Of a stretch of 64,000 nt of DNA, positions 10,540 to 21,063 are shown one piece after another. Source of the stretch: Candidatus Obscuribacteraceae bacterium (GTDB taxonomy: Bacteria; Cyanobacteriota; Vampirovibrionia; Obscuribacterales; Obscuribacteraceae); assembly GCA_044226015.1 (NCBI GenBank), contig JBGAHS010000008.1:288001-352000 (forward strand), read 5' to 3'. Position 1 is the first letter of the stretch, and each line of letters opens with the position of its first letter. Below the pieces are notes generated by a model. That model was given only the letters and a program-made list of their open reading frames with translations. It searched no databases and was not told where the DNA came from. Both the position numbers and the translations under genes were made by a program.

Positions 10540-11235
10540 CTATTCGGGTTTCACCAAAACGAACTTGCCTTTTGGTATCTCAGGGTATGCAAAACCAAAC
10601 TCATTAAGATTCGGCACAGGCTTAACTTCCGAAGGCTTCTTCAAGAAGACAGTTGCCTTCCCATTAGAAAGTTCGCAACAACCATTCGGAGCATAAACCG
10701 GATTATCAGGCAATAACTTTGCCAGTTGTTTTGCAATACCATTTTCGGCAGCACTGCCCGACTCACACCCGAGCAAACGAATTGGCTGATGTGGCGCAAC
10801 ATGTTCCTTGATTAGCGCAACCATTGTTTCCGCACTATACTCCTTGCGTCCCTGATGAAGTCCATAATAAATATGGAAATCATCTTTGTCAGAATGGGTG
10901 AATACTGGAAAATATTTATCAGGATCGGAATAAATTTGGGCTTCACCACTCATGGTGTCAGCGGGTCCCAAAATCATCAAACCACCATTTGGCGTCTTCT
11001 CGGCGAGTTGCTGCGCAAGAGTCTCACCACTTCGATACACCCAATCTAATAACGATGGGCTCGAAGTTTTACGTTCCCTTGCATCGGATGAATGCGCATG
11101 CTTTGCAGCGACTTTGGCATTGGGCTCTTCAGTTGTGAGATATGAGTCATCGAAGAAGATCGATTCTGCAGGAGCAGGAGCGTCCAAATTATTCGCTCGT
11201 TTCGCCGATGACTGCTCATTCATTACATCAAACAA
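10540..11235 (-). CDS. Hypothetical protein with caspase-like/peptidase C80-like C-terminal domain
   Basis: VFTHS...IRLLGCESG...AKQLAKLL...VYAP pattern (His/Cys dyad). Confidence 0.55.
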   Translation of the reverse strand: MFDVMNEQSSAKRANNLDAPAPAESIFFDDSYLTTEEPNAKVAAKHAHSSDARERKTSSPSLLDWVYRSGETLAQQLAEKTPNGGLMILGPADTMSGEAQIYSDPDKYFPVFTHSDKDDFHIYYGLHQGRKEYSAETMVALIKEHVAPHQPIRLLGCESGSAAENGIAKQLAKLLPDNPVYAPNGCCELSNGKATVFLKKPSEVKPVPNLNEFGFAYPEIPKGKFVLVKPE

Positions 11236-11425
11236 ATTTGTTTCCTCTCGGGCAATCGAATAGAAGGGCGCTAAAGAACAGACAACAGGCTAATTTCAGC
11301 GCGCTCAAATGTTTTCCAGGCGCCGAATTTGCTAGTGATTGAACTCATTCATTTTGCCAAACGCTTTTGAAATTTTCCTGAAAGCATATACAAAGGGCGT
11401 CAGCTGCCTATGCATCAATGCAATG

Positions 11426-12112
11426 TTAGTTAGAACGCAGACCCAAGAAAGCGACAAGAGTGATGGTCGAAACTGCAAGGGCGAACATCACAGCGAGCGT
11501 CGCCCGCAGCGCTGAGAGTTGCTGCAGCTGCCGCATTCCAAAAATGTTCAAAACCGCAGCATAAAATGGTGCAAGTAAATTCAAGACGGGAACAGCGCAA
11601 AGTAACCATGCTGCACTTCCTAACGAGTAGGCAGCGAGCGTTGCGCGAAAGACTCCAGCACAACCAAGCAGGCGCGCGACGAGGTGTGCGATTCCGGCTT
11701 GAAGAGCGGTGCTGCTGATGATTGTGCAAAAGAATCCACCAAAAAGAAATGCGGCGAGCTTGACTGTTAGCAACGCAACTTGCGCACCGCCACTAGCGGC
11801 AAAGGATTCGACCGCGGACGGAACTTTCTCGGGCGGTATGCCGGCTGCAATAGCAATTAGAGGTGTCAGCAGGACACCAAATAAGACTATGAATGCGGAG
11901 AGAATCGATGCGAAAGATTCCGCGACAACGAAGAAAATGAGCGAGAGACCAAGGGCATTCAACATTGCTGCTAGCAGAGCTGTTTTCACAAGATAGATCA
12001 CGCTCTCGCGATAGCTAAAGGGCTCAGCGATCTGCGCAAAGGCTTCGCGCGGCGAAAGCAAGACGCGCTTTGTTTGTGACCACCACGAAGTTTTTGGGAT
12101 GCCGGAATCCAT
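11426..12112 (-). CDS. YIP1-family integral membrane protein
   Basis: VLLSPREAFAQI start and multiple hydrophobic helices. Confidence 0.75.
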   Translation of the reverse strand: MDSGIPKTSWWSQTKRVLLSPREAFAQIAEPFSYRESVIYLVKTALLAAMLNALGLSLIFFVVAESFASILSAFIVLFGVLLTPLIAIAAGIPPEKVPSAVESFAASGGAQVALLTVKLAAFLFGGFFCTIISSTALQAGIAHLVARLLGCAGVFRATLAAYSLGSAAWLLCAVPVLNLLAPFYAAVLNIFGMRQLQQLSALRATLAVMFALAVSTITLVAFLGLRSN

Positions 12113-12627
12113 TGCTGCTCACCGCTACGCGGTCATTATAGCAGACGGCTAGCTCTGAGCAGCCAGACTCAGAAATGCGTTAGCACAAAAAGCGCGTCAA
12201 CCATAATGCTCGATCATTCAAGCCAACTCAATCGCCAGAGCCCGTGGTTAGCTTGCCTCAATCTCCCGACAGATTCTCCTGGATGTCGCGCAGTTCCAGC
12301 ACTCGCTGCTTCACGAAGTCAACTTTCTTGCCCATGTCAGCTATCGATGCTTCATTGCCATTTTGCTCTGACGGCGCGTTCAATTTGAATTTGTCTATCA
12401 TCGCGAACTCTTTGTTCTGAAAATTCAGCCAGGCTCGCTGGGAATCACGCATCGATGTGAATCGACATGGGAATCCCCACAAGCGTCGCGTAGAACAGGA
12501 CCTGAAGCAGATGTTAGCTTACTCAACAAGCCCTATTCCCGCGGATTGCGGCAGGATATATACAAACAACTGTCTTGCAGATACGTCAGCAGCATGCGAG
12601 ATTTGCACAGACCCTGGGAGAAACGAA

Positions 12628-13353
12628 ATGCCGAAAGCCTCCATTACAAAAGCCACCACTATTTTGCAAACAACGCAAGCGAAGGAGGCAAACATCGAGC
12701 AAGCTTTTGCGAACTTTCTAGAGGAGCTCGGCTCCCCGGCATTAGCGGCAAAAGCCCGTCCAGTAGTTGATGTGCTCAGTAAGTTTCTCAACAACAATGA
12801 AGCAACAGAGTGGCGCCAAAATCCATCATTTACGGAACGCGAAAAGCCCTCTGCAATGATCAAATATCTGGATCGCTATCTTCGATACAACTTGCTAAGA
12901 GAGCTGCGACTCAGTTTTGAGCAAATAGAGTATTTGTCCTATGGCACTTATGCTCTAGTTGAATGGTTGGGTTTCAAAAATTATCTCTCAAAGAGAGACG
13001 TGGTGGAGTTCGAATTTCTAAGAGACTCGCAATTATCAAAATGGGAACGAGCATATACAGCCGCGGAGAGCATCGATACTGCGATTCACAAAAGCAAAGC
13101 TCTAGACTGCACCGGAGAAGAGATTGAGTTTGAAAGGCATGACATAGCAGAGATAAAGGACAACCAAATTTGGCTCGAAATCTGGTCGCCACCCATTCTG
13201 CCAAAAGAGCGCCACATAGGACCTATCACATTGCCGAAAAATGTGACGCGCTTGCTTGAAAAAGGATGGATCATAAGCTGCGCTCTTCAACAAACAAAGC
13301 AAGGCTGGAAGATAGTCGAAAGCGGAAACGTTTACCCTGCGCTGCCTTACTAG
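12628..13353 (+). CDS. Hypothetical protein
   Basis: ORF with GGGAG RBS before ATG 12628; ends with GWKIVESGNVYP. Confidence 0.7.
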   Translation: MPKASITKATTILQTTQAKEANIEQAFANFLEELGSPALAAKARPVVDVLSKFLNNNEATEWRQNPSFTEREKPSAMIKYLDRYLRYNLLRELRLSFEQIEYLSYGTYALVEWLGFKNYLSKRDVVEFEFLRDSQLSKWERAYTAAESIDTAIHKSKALDCTGEEIEFERHDIAEIKDNQIWLEIWSPPILPKERHIGPITLPKNVTRLLEKGWIISCALQQTKQGWKIVESGNVYPALPY

Positions 13354-13611
13354 GCAAGCCATCTTCATGGCGTACCGACGCCCCACCGCGCTTTTCTGCC
13401 GATTGCCATGTCTCAGCTACTGGGCTCGCAACGCGAATTGACAAATCTGTCGCAAGAAGCCCTGCACCAATTTTGCCACCATGAGCAATTCCAAACTCGC
13501 GAACATTGCAAAAATATCAAAGTAAATAAGTGGTGCCACACTGAGCGGTTGGTCTAACTAGCGCTAACCGAATTACGCTAAGAGAGACATCAGCTAATTC
13601 TTCAATGCAAG

Positions 13612-13864
13612 CTATGAGCCAAAGAGTTCAATGAGCAGCGAACGCGCAGCATCCGGATTCTCCCGCAAATAGGCTTTGAAGCCATCGTAAACGGTGGATT
13701 TGACATGGCGCTGCAATTCTTCTTTGTTCAACCAGCGCAGTGACGCCGCATCAGATTTGATGGACAAAATACCGCTGACCCTATTGCGGTATTCCCGGAC
13801 CGTCATCCTCGACGGTGACTGAGCCGTCTTTGTTTAGTGCGACAGCGATGGAATGAACATCGCC
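13612..13864 (-). pseudogene. Internally deleted GyrB-like remnant (paralog of 21064-22179)
   Basis: GDVHSIAVALNKDGSVTVEDDGPGIP (GHKL G1 box) joined out of frame to VSGILSIKS...LRWLNKEEL...FKAYLRENPDAA, which matches the end of the 21064-22179 protein. Confidence 0.75.
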
Positions 13865-13900
13865 CCGGCGGCCACTTGCCAAAAGAGCGCCAGACTGTGC

Positions 13901-14431
13901 TCACCAGGTTCCATTTGCACGAAAGCTTGCTTCAGTTTCTTGCAAAATGTTTTGCCAGTTCGAATCACGCGGACCGATATTTATTTCTTGTACAGCGAAT
14001 CTGACAACATCTTCGAGAGGCACTCTACCAGTCGGAATGTGCCTGTTCACGAGGTTGTGGTTCGTGGCTCGTGCGTCGTCTCTTATGTGCAAGTGCGCTT
14101 CAAAACTGTTGTTTTGCCGACGGTGATAATGCCAATCGATAATCCGTTCATTGGAACGCGGACTCCACAGAACATAGATGTAGTGAAGGGTTGAAATTCG
14201 AAAATTATCAGCCTCAAAAATTTGAATTCGCTGAGAAGCATCCAAGAACAATGTCTCACGCCCACGCTGGAGTCGCAACAGGTTTCCGCCACTGTTGCGA
14301 TCCTCTGACGCTAAGACATACTCGTCATTTGAAATCGGATAAGTGTACGCCCAAGCATTTGCCACGCAGTTCAGAATCATGCCGATCTGGCGTTGGTATT
14401 CTGTAAGCGCTTGTTCTCTACTTCGAAACAT
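13901..14431 (-). CDS. Hypothetical protein, putative toxin of a TA-like pair
   Basis: His-rich WHYH...AHLH...HIPTGRVPLEDVVRF motif; overlaps a small upstream gene. Confidence 0.65.
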   Translation of the reverse strand: MFRSREQALTEYQRQIGMILNCVANAWAYTYPISNDEYVLASEDRNSGGNLLRLQRGRETLFLDASQRIQIFEADNFRISTLHYIYVLWSPRSNERIIDWHYHRRQNNSFEAHLHIRDDARATNHNLVNRHIPTGRVPLEDVVRFAVQEINIGPRDSNWQNILQETEASFRANGTW

Positions 14432-14621
14432 TCTCGGCGAGAGGAAGAATTATCATAAGGGAATCATAATGAGGATTGCTTTTGAATTCTTCACGCCGCT
14501 TCAAAAACTCTTCGGCAGAAATGCCCAAACGTTCTCGTACGCACTTATCAAAAAATGCCCAAGCTTCTTCCTTGGTGAGTTGATGAGCTTCTTCATTCTT
14601 AGGATTGATAACGACGGACAA
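14418..14621 (-). CDS. Small protein, putative antitoxin
   Basis: TTG start after AAGGGAG; ERLGISAEEFLKR helix motif; 14-bp overlap with the downstream gene. Confidence 0.55.
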   Translation of the reverse strand: MSVVINPKNEEAHQLTKEEAWAFFDKCVRERLGISAEEFLKRREEFKSNPHYDSLMIILPLAENVSK

Positions 14622-14821
14622 GGCTAAACTCCCTTTAATTCTTGCATTATAGAACTTTCTGACTGCCTTGAAAAGTGAAAAGTGCCATAAATCCGCCCTT
14701 CCGCCCGAAATTAATGAAATCAATGCTCAAGCCGGATGCCGCAAACCCCTGCTGTGCTTATGTTTAGGGTATTTGCCTCCAGATTAGAGATGACGACAAA
14801 GGTCACTAAGCGCCATAACAT

Positions 14822-15050
14822 AAATCAGACGATCTTGGTTCGGCGACAAAAAGACCGTGTGATCTGAATTTTTCAATGTGATTGTCTGCTACCTTCATTG
14901 CCGCCTCACTGGTAGAGACTTCCTAATCAATGCCTGTATTCTCATTTCGCCTTCGGGCTTGGCGACGTGCTGCGTTCTTTTCTTTTTCTGCGGCTTTCTT
15001 ATTCATTCGCACAGATTCACCAAAATAAAAATCGAAGATAGCATCAATCA
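14822..15050 (-). repeat. Dispersed near-identical copy of 26042-26272 (gene-junction fragment of the paralog array)
   Basis: Direct comparison shows long identical stretches, e.g. ttcttattcattcgcacagattcaccaaaataaaaatcga. Confidence 0.9.
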
Positions 15051-15079
15051 TTGTGTGATCTAGATTCTCTCTTCCAATT

Positions 15080-16969
15080 CTAGGGTCGCGGCACAGCCAG
15101 GCGTGCTGCCGCCAATTTTTCAGCAACGAGCATGTGCCAAAAGGAATGCGGATAGTTTTTCATGAATTCAGCAACTACTTCCTCAGCATAGGCAACCAGA
15201 CCAGAACTCTTTAGTTTTGTCGCATACGCCAAACCTTGAAGCAGATGTTTAGCAGCTATTGCTGTTCTCGCCATTTCCGATTGATTTTGCACATTGTGCA
15301 GATACATCGCACAGTGCAAATGCGTGCGAGCGATGAGATAGAACTCAGCATTAGAAGACGTGAGCGCTCGTTCAATTGCTGACTCAAAACATTCGGTCAT
15401 AAGCTGAAAGTCGGAGCGTTCAAGGTGAAGGAATCCTTCTAGCACTAGAATTTCGGCTTCATCCGAATCAAGTCCGTCATAATCTCGTGAGTCGAGTTTG
15501 TGCAACAAGATTTTTGAAAGAGCTATATCGTCTTCTATACCCACTGAGTCTTTGTAGCCCATGAAGCGGTGTTTATAGATTCGTGCGCGTAGCAAGCAGA
15601 ACAGCGTGTAATCGAGATCGCTTGAGTGTTTCGATTGCCTGACCTGTTGAACCAATTCAATGAAACAATCAATGTCCTTCAGCGAGTTTAAATCGTCCAG
15701 GGGAATCTTCTCTACACAGCTCTTCAAGTAGGAAGCAAAATGTGAAACATGAATGTACGGTTCTTCAAATGAACGATAATAGTCATGCTCATCATCGTCA
15801 TGTACATATCGGGGTTGGACAGATAACAACTCTTCTCGAAAGCGTTTCTGCAGTGACACGCTCGGCAAGCAATCAGGAGCAACCGCAGCTTGAGCAGTGT
15901 TTCGCTCGAATTCTGCTTCTAGCTCACTATACTTCTTCAGGAAATATAGCTTGTGAACAGAAAATGGATCAGGAATAGGTTCTCTCTGAAGCAAATTGTC
16001 TAGATGCCGAAAATATCCGAGGGCTAGATCAAGAGAGCATTCATCATTTTCAATCAACGTTCGGACGACCTGCCGATTATATTTCGCATAGAGAACTGAT
16101 GCATCAAGGCACAATTTTTTGTCCTGCAAAAGATCAAATAATCGAGTCGTGACACTCAAATAATCTTCTCTAGTGAGTTGCAAAATGGACTTCAGTTCAT
16201 CTTTCTCTTTTCTTGTCCATTCATTCCATCTGCTTCCGTCCAAGGCTACGACAAGCTCAAAATACCTATCAGCAAGCGAGTCCAACGCCTCGATTTTTTT
16301 GCAGAGCTCTGCTTCCTGAAGGTCGTCATCACAAAACGATTCGGAAAATGCAACTAAGCTTTTGTGAAATCGAAGCACCTCTGCTGATGGACTAATTATT
16401 GAATCGACAAACTGGACTTGCTCGATGACGAAATCAAATGCCAATGAAATCAGTAAACGGCGATATCTGGGCGATGATGAATGTTCAATCGCGAATTCAT
16501 ACGCCCTAAAGACAGAATCAGCACACTTGATACTCTCCGCAAAAGGCAAAACATTCTGAAGGCGCAGCATAGATTTCTGCAGATACTGCAGAGGCAGGTA
16601 CAAGCTCCAGAATCTGAATCGATTCGCCTTACTCGCTTCCTGCATTTCGTTGTCCAGAGCTGACTGAAATAATGCAGCATAACTTACAACTGAACTCGTT
16701 GAGGAATTTTGTGCATCATAGTTCTGCCCGCTTTCGGATAAGAATAATTCTTTTCCCTGGATCATCTTCTGGTGCCAGCCTGAGTTTATTCTTGCCTGTG
16801 AAACTGTGCGAGCATTCTTACCCTTTGCTTTTGTAGAATCAAGTTTCAATGACTTGGACGGTTTAGTCGCGTTAGCATCAGTCCGCGCCGCCTTTGACGG
16901 TGAATCCAATTCCTTGCGCTTAGAAATGGACTTCTGCCTTCCTTCATTACGACTGTTCTTTTTCTTCAT
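15080..16969 (-). CDS. Hypothetical alpha-helical protein with C-terminal TPR-like repeats
   Basis: Long ORF; start uncertain (16969 or 17011). Confidence 0.65.
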   Translation of the reverse strand: MKKKNSRNEGRQKSISKRKELDSPSKAARTDANATKPSKSLKLDSTKAKGKNARTVSQARINSGWHQKMIQGKELFLSESGQNYDAQNSSTSSVVSYAALFQSALDNEMQEASKANRFRFWSLYLPLQYLQKSMLRLQNVLPFAESIKCADSVFRAYEFAIEHSSSPRYRRLLISLAFDFVIEQVQFVDSIISPSAEVLRFHKSLVAFSESFCDDDLQEAELCKKIEALDSLADRYFELVVALDGSRWNEWTRKEKDELKSILQLTREDYLSVTTRLFDLLQDKKLCLDASVLYAKYNRQVVRTLIENDECSLDLALGYFRHLDNLLQREPIPDPFSVHKLYFLKKYSELEAEFERNTAQAAVAPDCLPSVSLQKRFREELLSVQPRYVHDDDEHDYYRSFEEPYIHVSHFASYLKSCVEKIPLDDLNSLKDIDCFIELVQQVRQSKHSSDLDYTLFCLLRARIYKHRFMGYKDSVGIEDDIALSKILLHKLDSRDYDGLDSDEAEILVLEGFLHLERSDFQLMTECFESAIERALTSSNAEFYLIARTHLHCAMYLHNVQNQSEMARTAIAAKHLLQGLAYATKLKSSGLVAYAEEVVAEFMKNYPHSFWHMLVAEKLAAARLAVPRP

Positions 16970-17092
16970 TGTCCTTGCCGAACCTCTCCTCGCTGGTTTA
17001 TTCAGCTGCAATGACCCATTTTGTTCAATGCCGATATCTTAACGCTGACGTCTGAAAAATCATTGAAAATTCGACCAACAACACTACGGAAC

Positions 17093-20000
17093 TCAATTCG
17101 AATTTCGAATTACACCCAAATCATTTTCAGTAATTGTTTCCCCAAGTGCTTTCAGCTCGTCGAGAACGGACGGAGCAGGCTTGCCAAAATCAACATCAAC
17201 AAACAGAATCGCATGCTTGGTTTTGTATTTCGCAACCGTGTTTCGGCTTGGTAAATTTAGAAGCAACCCTACCTGAAGAATAGGGAATCTTTTGTTATCA
17301 ATCTTCTGGCTCAATTTAATGTCTTGATTGTAGACGAGAATGGTTTTGGCTGCGGAAGCATCGCCATAACATTCGAGCGCTATGCTTTCTAAGGTTTCGC
17401 CAGGCTGAATTGGACGATCTTTTATTCTTGTTCTGCGTCCAGTCCGCGTTGACATTCGCTGGCGTTTTTCCCTGACTTCGTCTTCGACAGTCTTATCTCC
17501 AGCCTCAGCTTCGCCGAGCTTTTCCTCCGGCAGATTTGGTATGAAAGCATGAGCACCTTGCTCAAAGGTCCCCTCAGCTTGCTGGACTGTCCTTTCTTCG
17601 GGGTTCTGCGACTTATTTGCTTCGGACTGACCGGGAACGGAATTCGGGTTATTTTTTCTGAGCACTACAGTAGAATCTTGTTGCGGCTCTGGTAAGTTAT
17701 TCTTTTCGCCGGGCACAGCAGGCTTAGTTTCCCGAGATTTGGAGTTCTCCTGCGAGTTTAGCTGAGCCTTCTCGCTCTGAGTATTCAGGGTGACGGTACG
17801 TTCCTGATTGTTCTTGAGATTCGCAGCAAGCGTACGTTCTTGAGAATCACTGGTAGGTGTTTTTTGGGCGGTGTGTGATTCTAAACTGGATGCGAATTTA
17901 GCACTTGCAAGACCTGACAGATCGCTGACTGTGAGCCCCTTTCCCAATTTCACTTTGTCAGCGACTTCAGTTACTGGAAGGTCTTTCGCAGTGACTTTTG
18001 GCTCCGCATTTTTGATTGCTGAATCAGCTCTTGAAGTTCTGGTAACCGCATTGTCATTTGTCTTCAACGACGTAATAAAGTCTTTGGACTGTAAGCGTAC
18101 GATCAGATCCGCAACCAGCGGATTCAGCTCCTTTACGTTAAGCTTGAAATCAGTGCTGCTTCCTTTTCGTCCTTCTGGAGATCTGCCAAGCAAGACAGTT
18201 ATGTCAGCGGGTGAGTTAACAGCTTTCTCGCCTCTTTCTTTGGGCGCTTTATGCAAGTCTTGAAGAAGGGTTCTTGTCTGTTCCGCGCTTGGAACTTTGT
18301 CGATTTTTCGATTTCGATCTGTCAGTAAAGTGAGGATGCGGGCGGCAGTCTGCTCACCATCTTTCAATCGTCCTACCAACAGGTCGAACAGTGTCGAAAT
18401 GGAGCGCTGCGTTTTGGAATCCAGAAGTTTGAAATCAAACGGATTTGATTTACCATCGGTCAACCAGTTCTTCAAACCAGTGAGAGGTTCAGGCTTTATT
18501 CCTTTCAGAACGTCCGCCACTGCGGCATCCTTAGCACCTAAGTGAGGCTCACCCAAGTGAGGCTTGCTGTCCTGAATTTTCTGGATCATTTCAGCAAACT
18601 GTTCTTTCCTTTCCGGATTTTGCGACAGGTTCTGGATTTGTGCTAGAAGCTTGCCTTCAATCTTGTTGGGCGGCAAAAAATCACCGCTTTTTCCTTCGCC
18701 TTTGTCGCCTTTATCGCCTTTTTGCTTTCCTGTGAAATGTTCATCGGCGGCTCCGCGATCGCCACGACTGCCACCACCACCGACACCACCATTGCCACCA
18801 TTTTTCCCAGAATCGCCTGCCTTGCTGCCAGGTGTTTTGCCAATTCCGCTTTCTGCGTTTCCTCCCGCGCCGCCACCGCCACCACCAGCGCCACCACCAC
18901 GGTCTCCGCCTCCGGGCCGCGCGGGGATGAGAATACCGCCAGCTCCGTCTCCTATATGCACGCCGTCAGGCTTCCCACTCTTCGTCTGTTCAATCACATC
19001 GGGCCTATTAGAGTGATTGCCGCTTGAAGTTTGTTCAATTACATCCTTTCGTCCCGTGGACAACTGCGACTTATCGCTTTGTTCCGCGAATTCTTTTTTG
19101 CCTAAATCAGCACCCGAATCCTTAGCTGAAACCCCGTGACAGTCAGGAGTCAATCCACTATGAACTGGTCCATTTGCCAGTCTCAAAGACTCAGCTGTGG
19201 GACCTGGCTGATTTTTCATTAGCTCATTTAGCGATTGCCTGCTCAATCCCCTTTCGGATGCCCCTCCAGCGCTGCTGTCGCTCGCATCTTTTCCGATGGA
19301 TTTATTTTGTAGTCCCTCCACAACACTTGCATGCTCACCAGCCCTTACTGACTGTCGATTCACTACTTGTTCGCTGCTCTTGAAGCGCGCCGCCTCTGCT
19401 GATTGATCGCCTTTTGTAGAAACCTGATGCGCACCATCTGCGCCACCAGCATTAGCCGCTTTTCCGCCGAGTTCGCCGCCTCGATTTGCCGCAGGATACG
19501 TGCGGTCAGCACTCATTCCTGCATTCTTGTCGCTACCAGCCGGCACTTGCTGTTGGGAATCAACCATATTCTTCTGAACGGAGCCAGTCAACGAGGCTGT
19601 CGATGAGTCACTAGTCTTGATGCCTTTGGCACCCGCAGCATCGGGCGGTGCCAGCTTCGCTGCTTGCCCTTCCACGGAACTACGATTTAGCTGATTGCCA
19701 CTATTCGCGTCGGACTGTTTCTGCTGCTGCTGCTGCGGGGCTTGCTCGCTTTTGCTATCCTTGCTCTTTCCTGATTGATCTGCTGCTGGCGCCTGCTGCT
19801 GCTGCGATTCTGCACCATCTCTCTTCTTATCTGTTTGATTTGGTTTGGATCCTTTGATCTCTTCCCAATCACCATTCTTGCCTGGAACTATAGTCTTGTT
19901 TGTGTTCGTTGCTGCGTCGTGAATTGAGTACCCTGTTGTTTTTGTACCATCAGCGTTTGTTACTTGCTTCGCTTTCATAGGAGTTTCTACTGCAGCGTTT

Positions 20001-20161
20001 TTGCTTGAATCCCCTACCGCGCCATTAGCCTCATTCGCCATTTTTTTTCCAGCAGCATCTTGTTGCTTTTCTGGACTACCTTCCGTCTTTCCGTCGGCGG
20101 GTTTTGCAGGGACTAGGCTTTCTTCATCTGACGATCTGGTTTCTACTCGAGGTTTCGTCAT
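17093..20161 (-). CDS. Large low-complexity protein with C-terminal LysM domain
   Basis: IQPGETLESIALECYGDASAAKTILVYN LysM motif; ATG 20161 overlaps the upstream stop. Confidence 0.75.
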   Translation of the reverse strand: MTKPRVETRSSDEESLVPAKPADGKTEGSPEKQQDAAGKKMANEANGAVGDSSKNAAVETPMKAKQVTNADGTKTTGYSIHDAATNTNKTIVPGKNGDWEEIKGSKPNQTDKKRDGAESQQQQAPAADQSGKSKDSKSEQAPQQQQQKQSDANSGNQLNRSSVEGQAAKLAPPDAAGAKGIKTSDSSTASLTGSVQKNMVDSQQQVPAGSDKNAGMSADRTYPAANRGGELGGKAANAGGADGAHQVSTKGDQSAEAARFKSSEQVVNRQSVRAGEHASVVEGLQNKSIGKDASDSSAGGASERGLSRQSLNELMKNQPGPTAESLRLANGPVHSGLTPDCHGVSAKDSGADLGKKEFAEQSDKSQLSTGRKDVIEQTSSGNHSNRPDVIEQTKSGKPDGVHIGDGAGGILIPARPGGGDRGGGAGGGGGGAGGNAESGIGKTPGSKAGDSGKNGGNGGVGGGGSRGDRGAADEHFTGKQKGDKGDKGEGKSGDFLPPNKIEGKLLAQIQNLSQNPERKEQFAEMIQKIQDSKPHLGEPHLGAKDAAVADVLKGIKPEPLTGLKNWLTDGKSNPFDFKLLDSKTQRSISTLFDLLVGRLKDGEQTAARILTLLTDRNRKIDKVPSAEQTRTLLQDLHKAPKERGEKAVNSPADITVLLGRSPEGRKGSSTDFKLNVKELNPLVADLIVRLQSKDFITSLKTNDNAVTRTSRADSAIKNAEPKVTAKDLPVTEVADKVKLGKGLTVSDLSGLASAKFASSLESHTAQKTPTSDSQERTLAANLKNNQERTVTLNTQSEKAQLNSQENSKSRETKPAVPGEKNNLPEPQQDSTVVLRKNNPNSVPGQSEANKSQNPEERTVQQAEGTFEQGAHAFIPNLPEEKLGEAEAGDKTVEDEVREKRQRMSTRTGRRTRIKDRPIQPGETLESIALECYGDASAAKTILVYNQDIKLSQKIDNKRFPILQVGLLLNLPSRNTVAKYKTKHAILFVDVDFGKPAPSVLDELKALGETITENDLGVIRNSN

Positions 20162-20757
20162 CAGTGGGACGCCTCCATTATTGGTGGAAGCTCTTTGATA
20201 CACTGCTCAATTGTTGACAATTCAGAAGGTTGATTGGTTAATGACTTGGCTTTTCCGTACCAGACTCTTGCCTGCGAGTATTTTTTTCTTGTCGCCAGAA
20301 GATTGCCGATCGCAACACATGATTCCACTGAGCAGTCTATTGAATTTGCTTTGAAGTAACATTTTTCAGCTTCATTCAATCGCCCGCTATCTTCATAGCA
20401 GTAGCCTTTTCTTATCCATGCACCATCGAAACTTGGCTCGATCTTCAGTGCTCTTTCTTCAGCCGTTATTGCCTCATCAAATTTTTTGATTTTAGACAAA
20501 TGATACGCAAGGTTATGGTAACGCATGGAATCAAACGGATATATTGCAATTGACTTTTTATCGAGCTTTATTGCACTCTCGTAATCGCCTTTTCTTGCGA
20601 GGGCTTTTGCCTCGTTTCCAATCTTACTAGCCTGACTATAAGCTTCCAAACTACCTTTTCCAGGAAACTTGCCGTTTTTGTCTGCCCATGCCGGAATCAC
20701 AGACCATCCGGCGCAAGCCAAAGCCAGGATACTCAATGCCAGGCAAGTACGCTTCAT
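20161..20757 (-). CDS. Secreted TPR protein
   Basis: MKRTCLALSILALACAGWSVIPAWA signal peptide, TPR repeats. Confidence 0.8.
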   Translation of the reverse strand: MKRTCLALSILALACAGWSVIPAWADKNGKFPGKGSLEAYSQASKIGNEAKALARKGDYESAIKLDKKSIAIYPFDSMRYHNLAYHLSKIKKFDEAITAEERALKIEPSFDGAWIRKGYCYEDSGRLNEAEKCYFKANSIDCSVESCVAIGNLLATRKKYSQARVWYGKAKSLTNQPSELSTIEQCIKELPPIMEASH

Positions 20758-21063
20758 CCCTAATCTCTCCCTATTATCAGACTTTGTTCCCAAAACCTAG
20801 TCCTACCAATCATTCTTCGATTGTAGAGGAGATTTCCGAAATTTTCCTGAGAATGCCTCATTCTATAGCCTAATGCTCAAATGCCTATTAAGCCGGGATT
20901 TATGTCTGGCAAGAAATATTGGCAGACTCATCCCACAGCAAGTACTACGGCACGCCGGCTCGAGAAAAGGTGGAACCGCATAAGCAAAGGCGAAACACCC
21001 TGGGTTCTTCCTTTGCGCGCTACAGAGGACCCTGCGTCAAACAGGAAATTGCCAATCAAAAAA

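Noticed and set aside
14822..15050. DGR template/variable repeat pair with 26042-26272
   Set aside because: Differences are not adenine-restricted, include an indel and span a gene junction; no reverse transcriptase present
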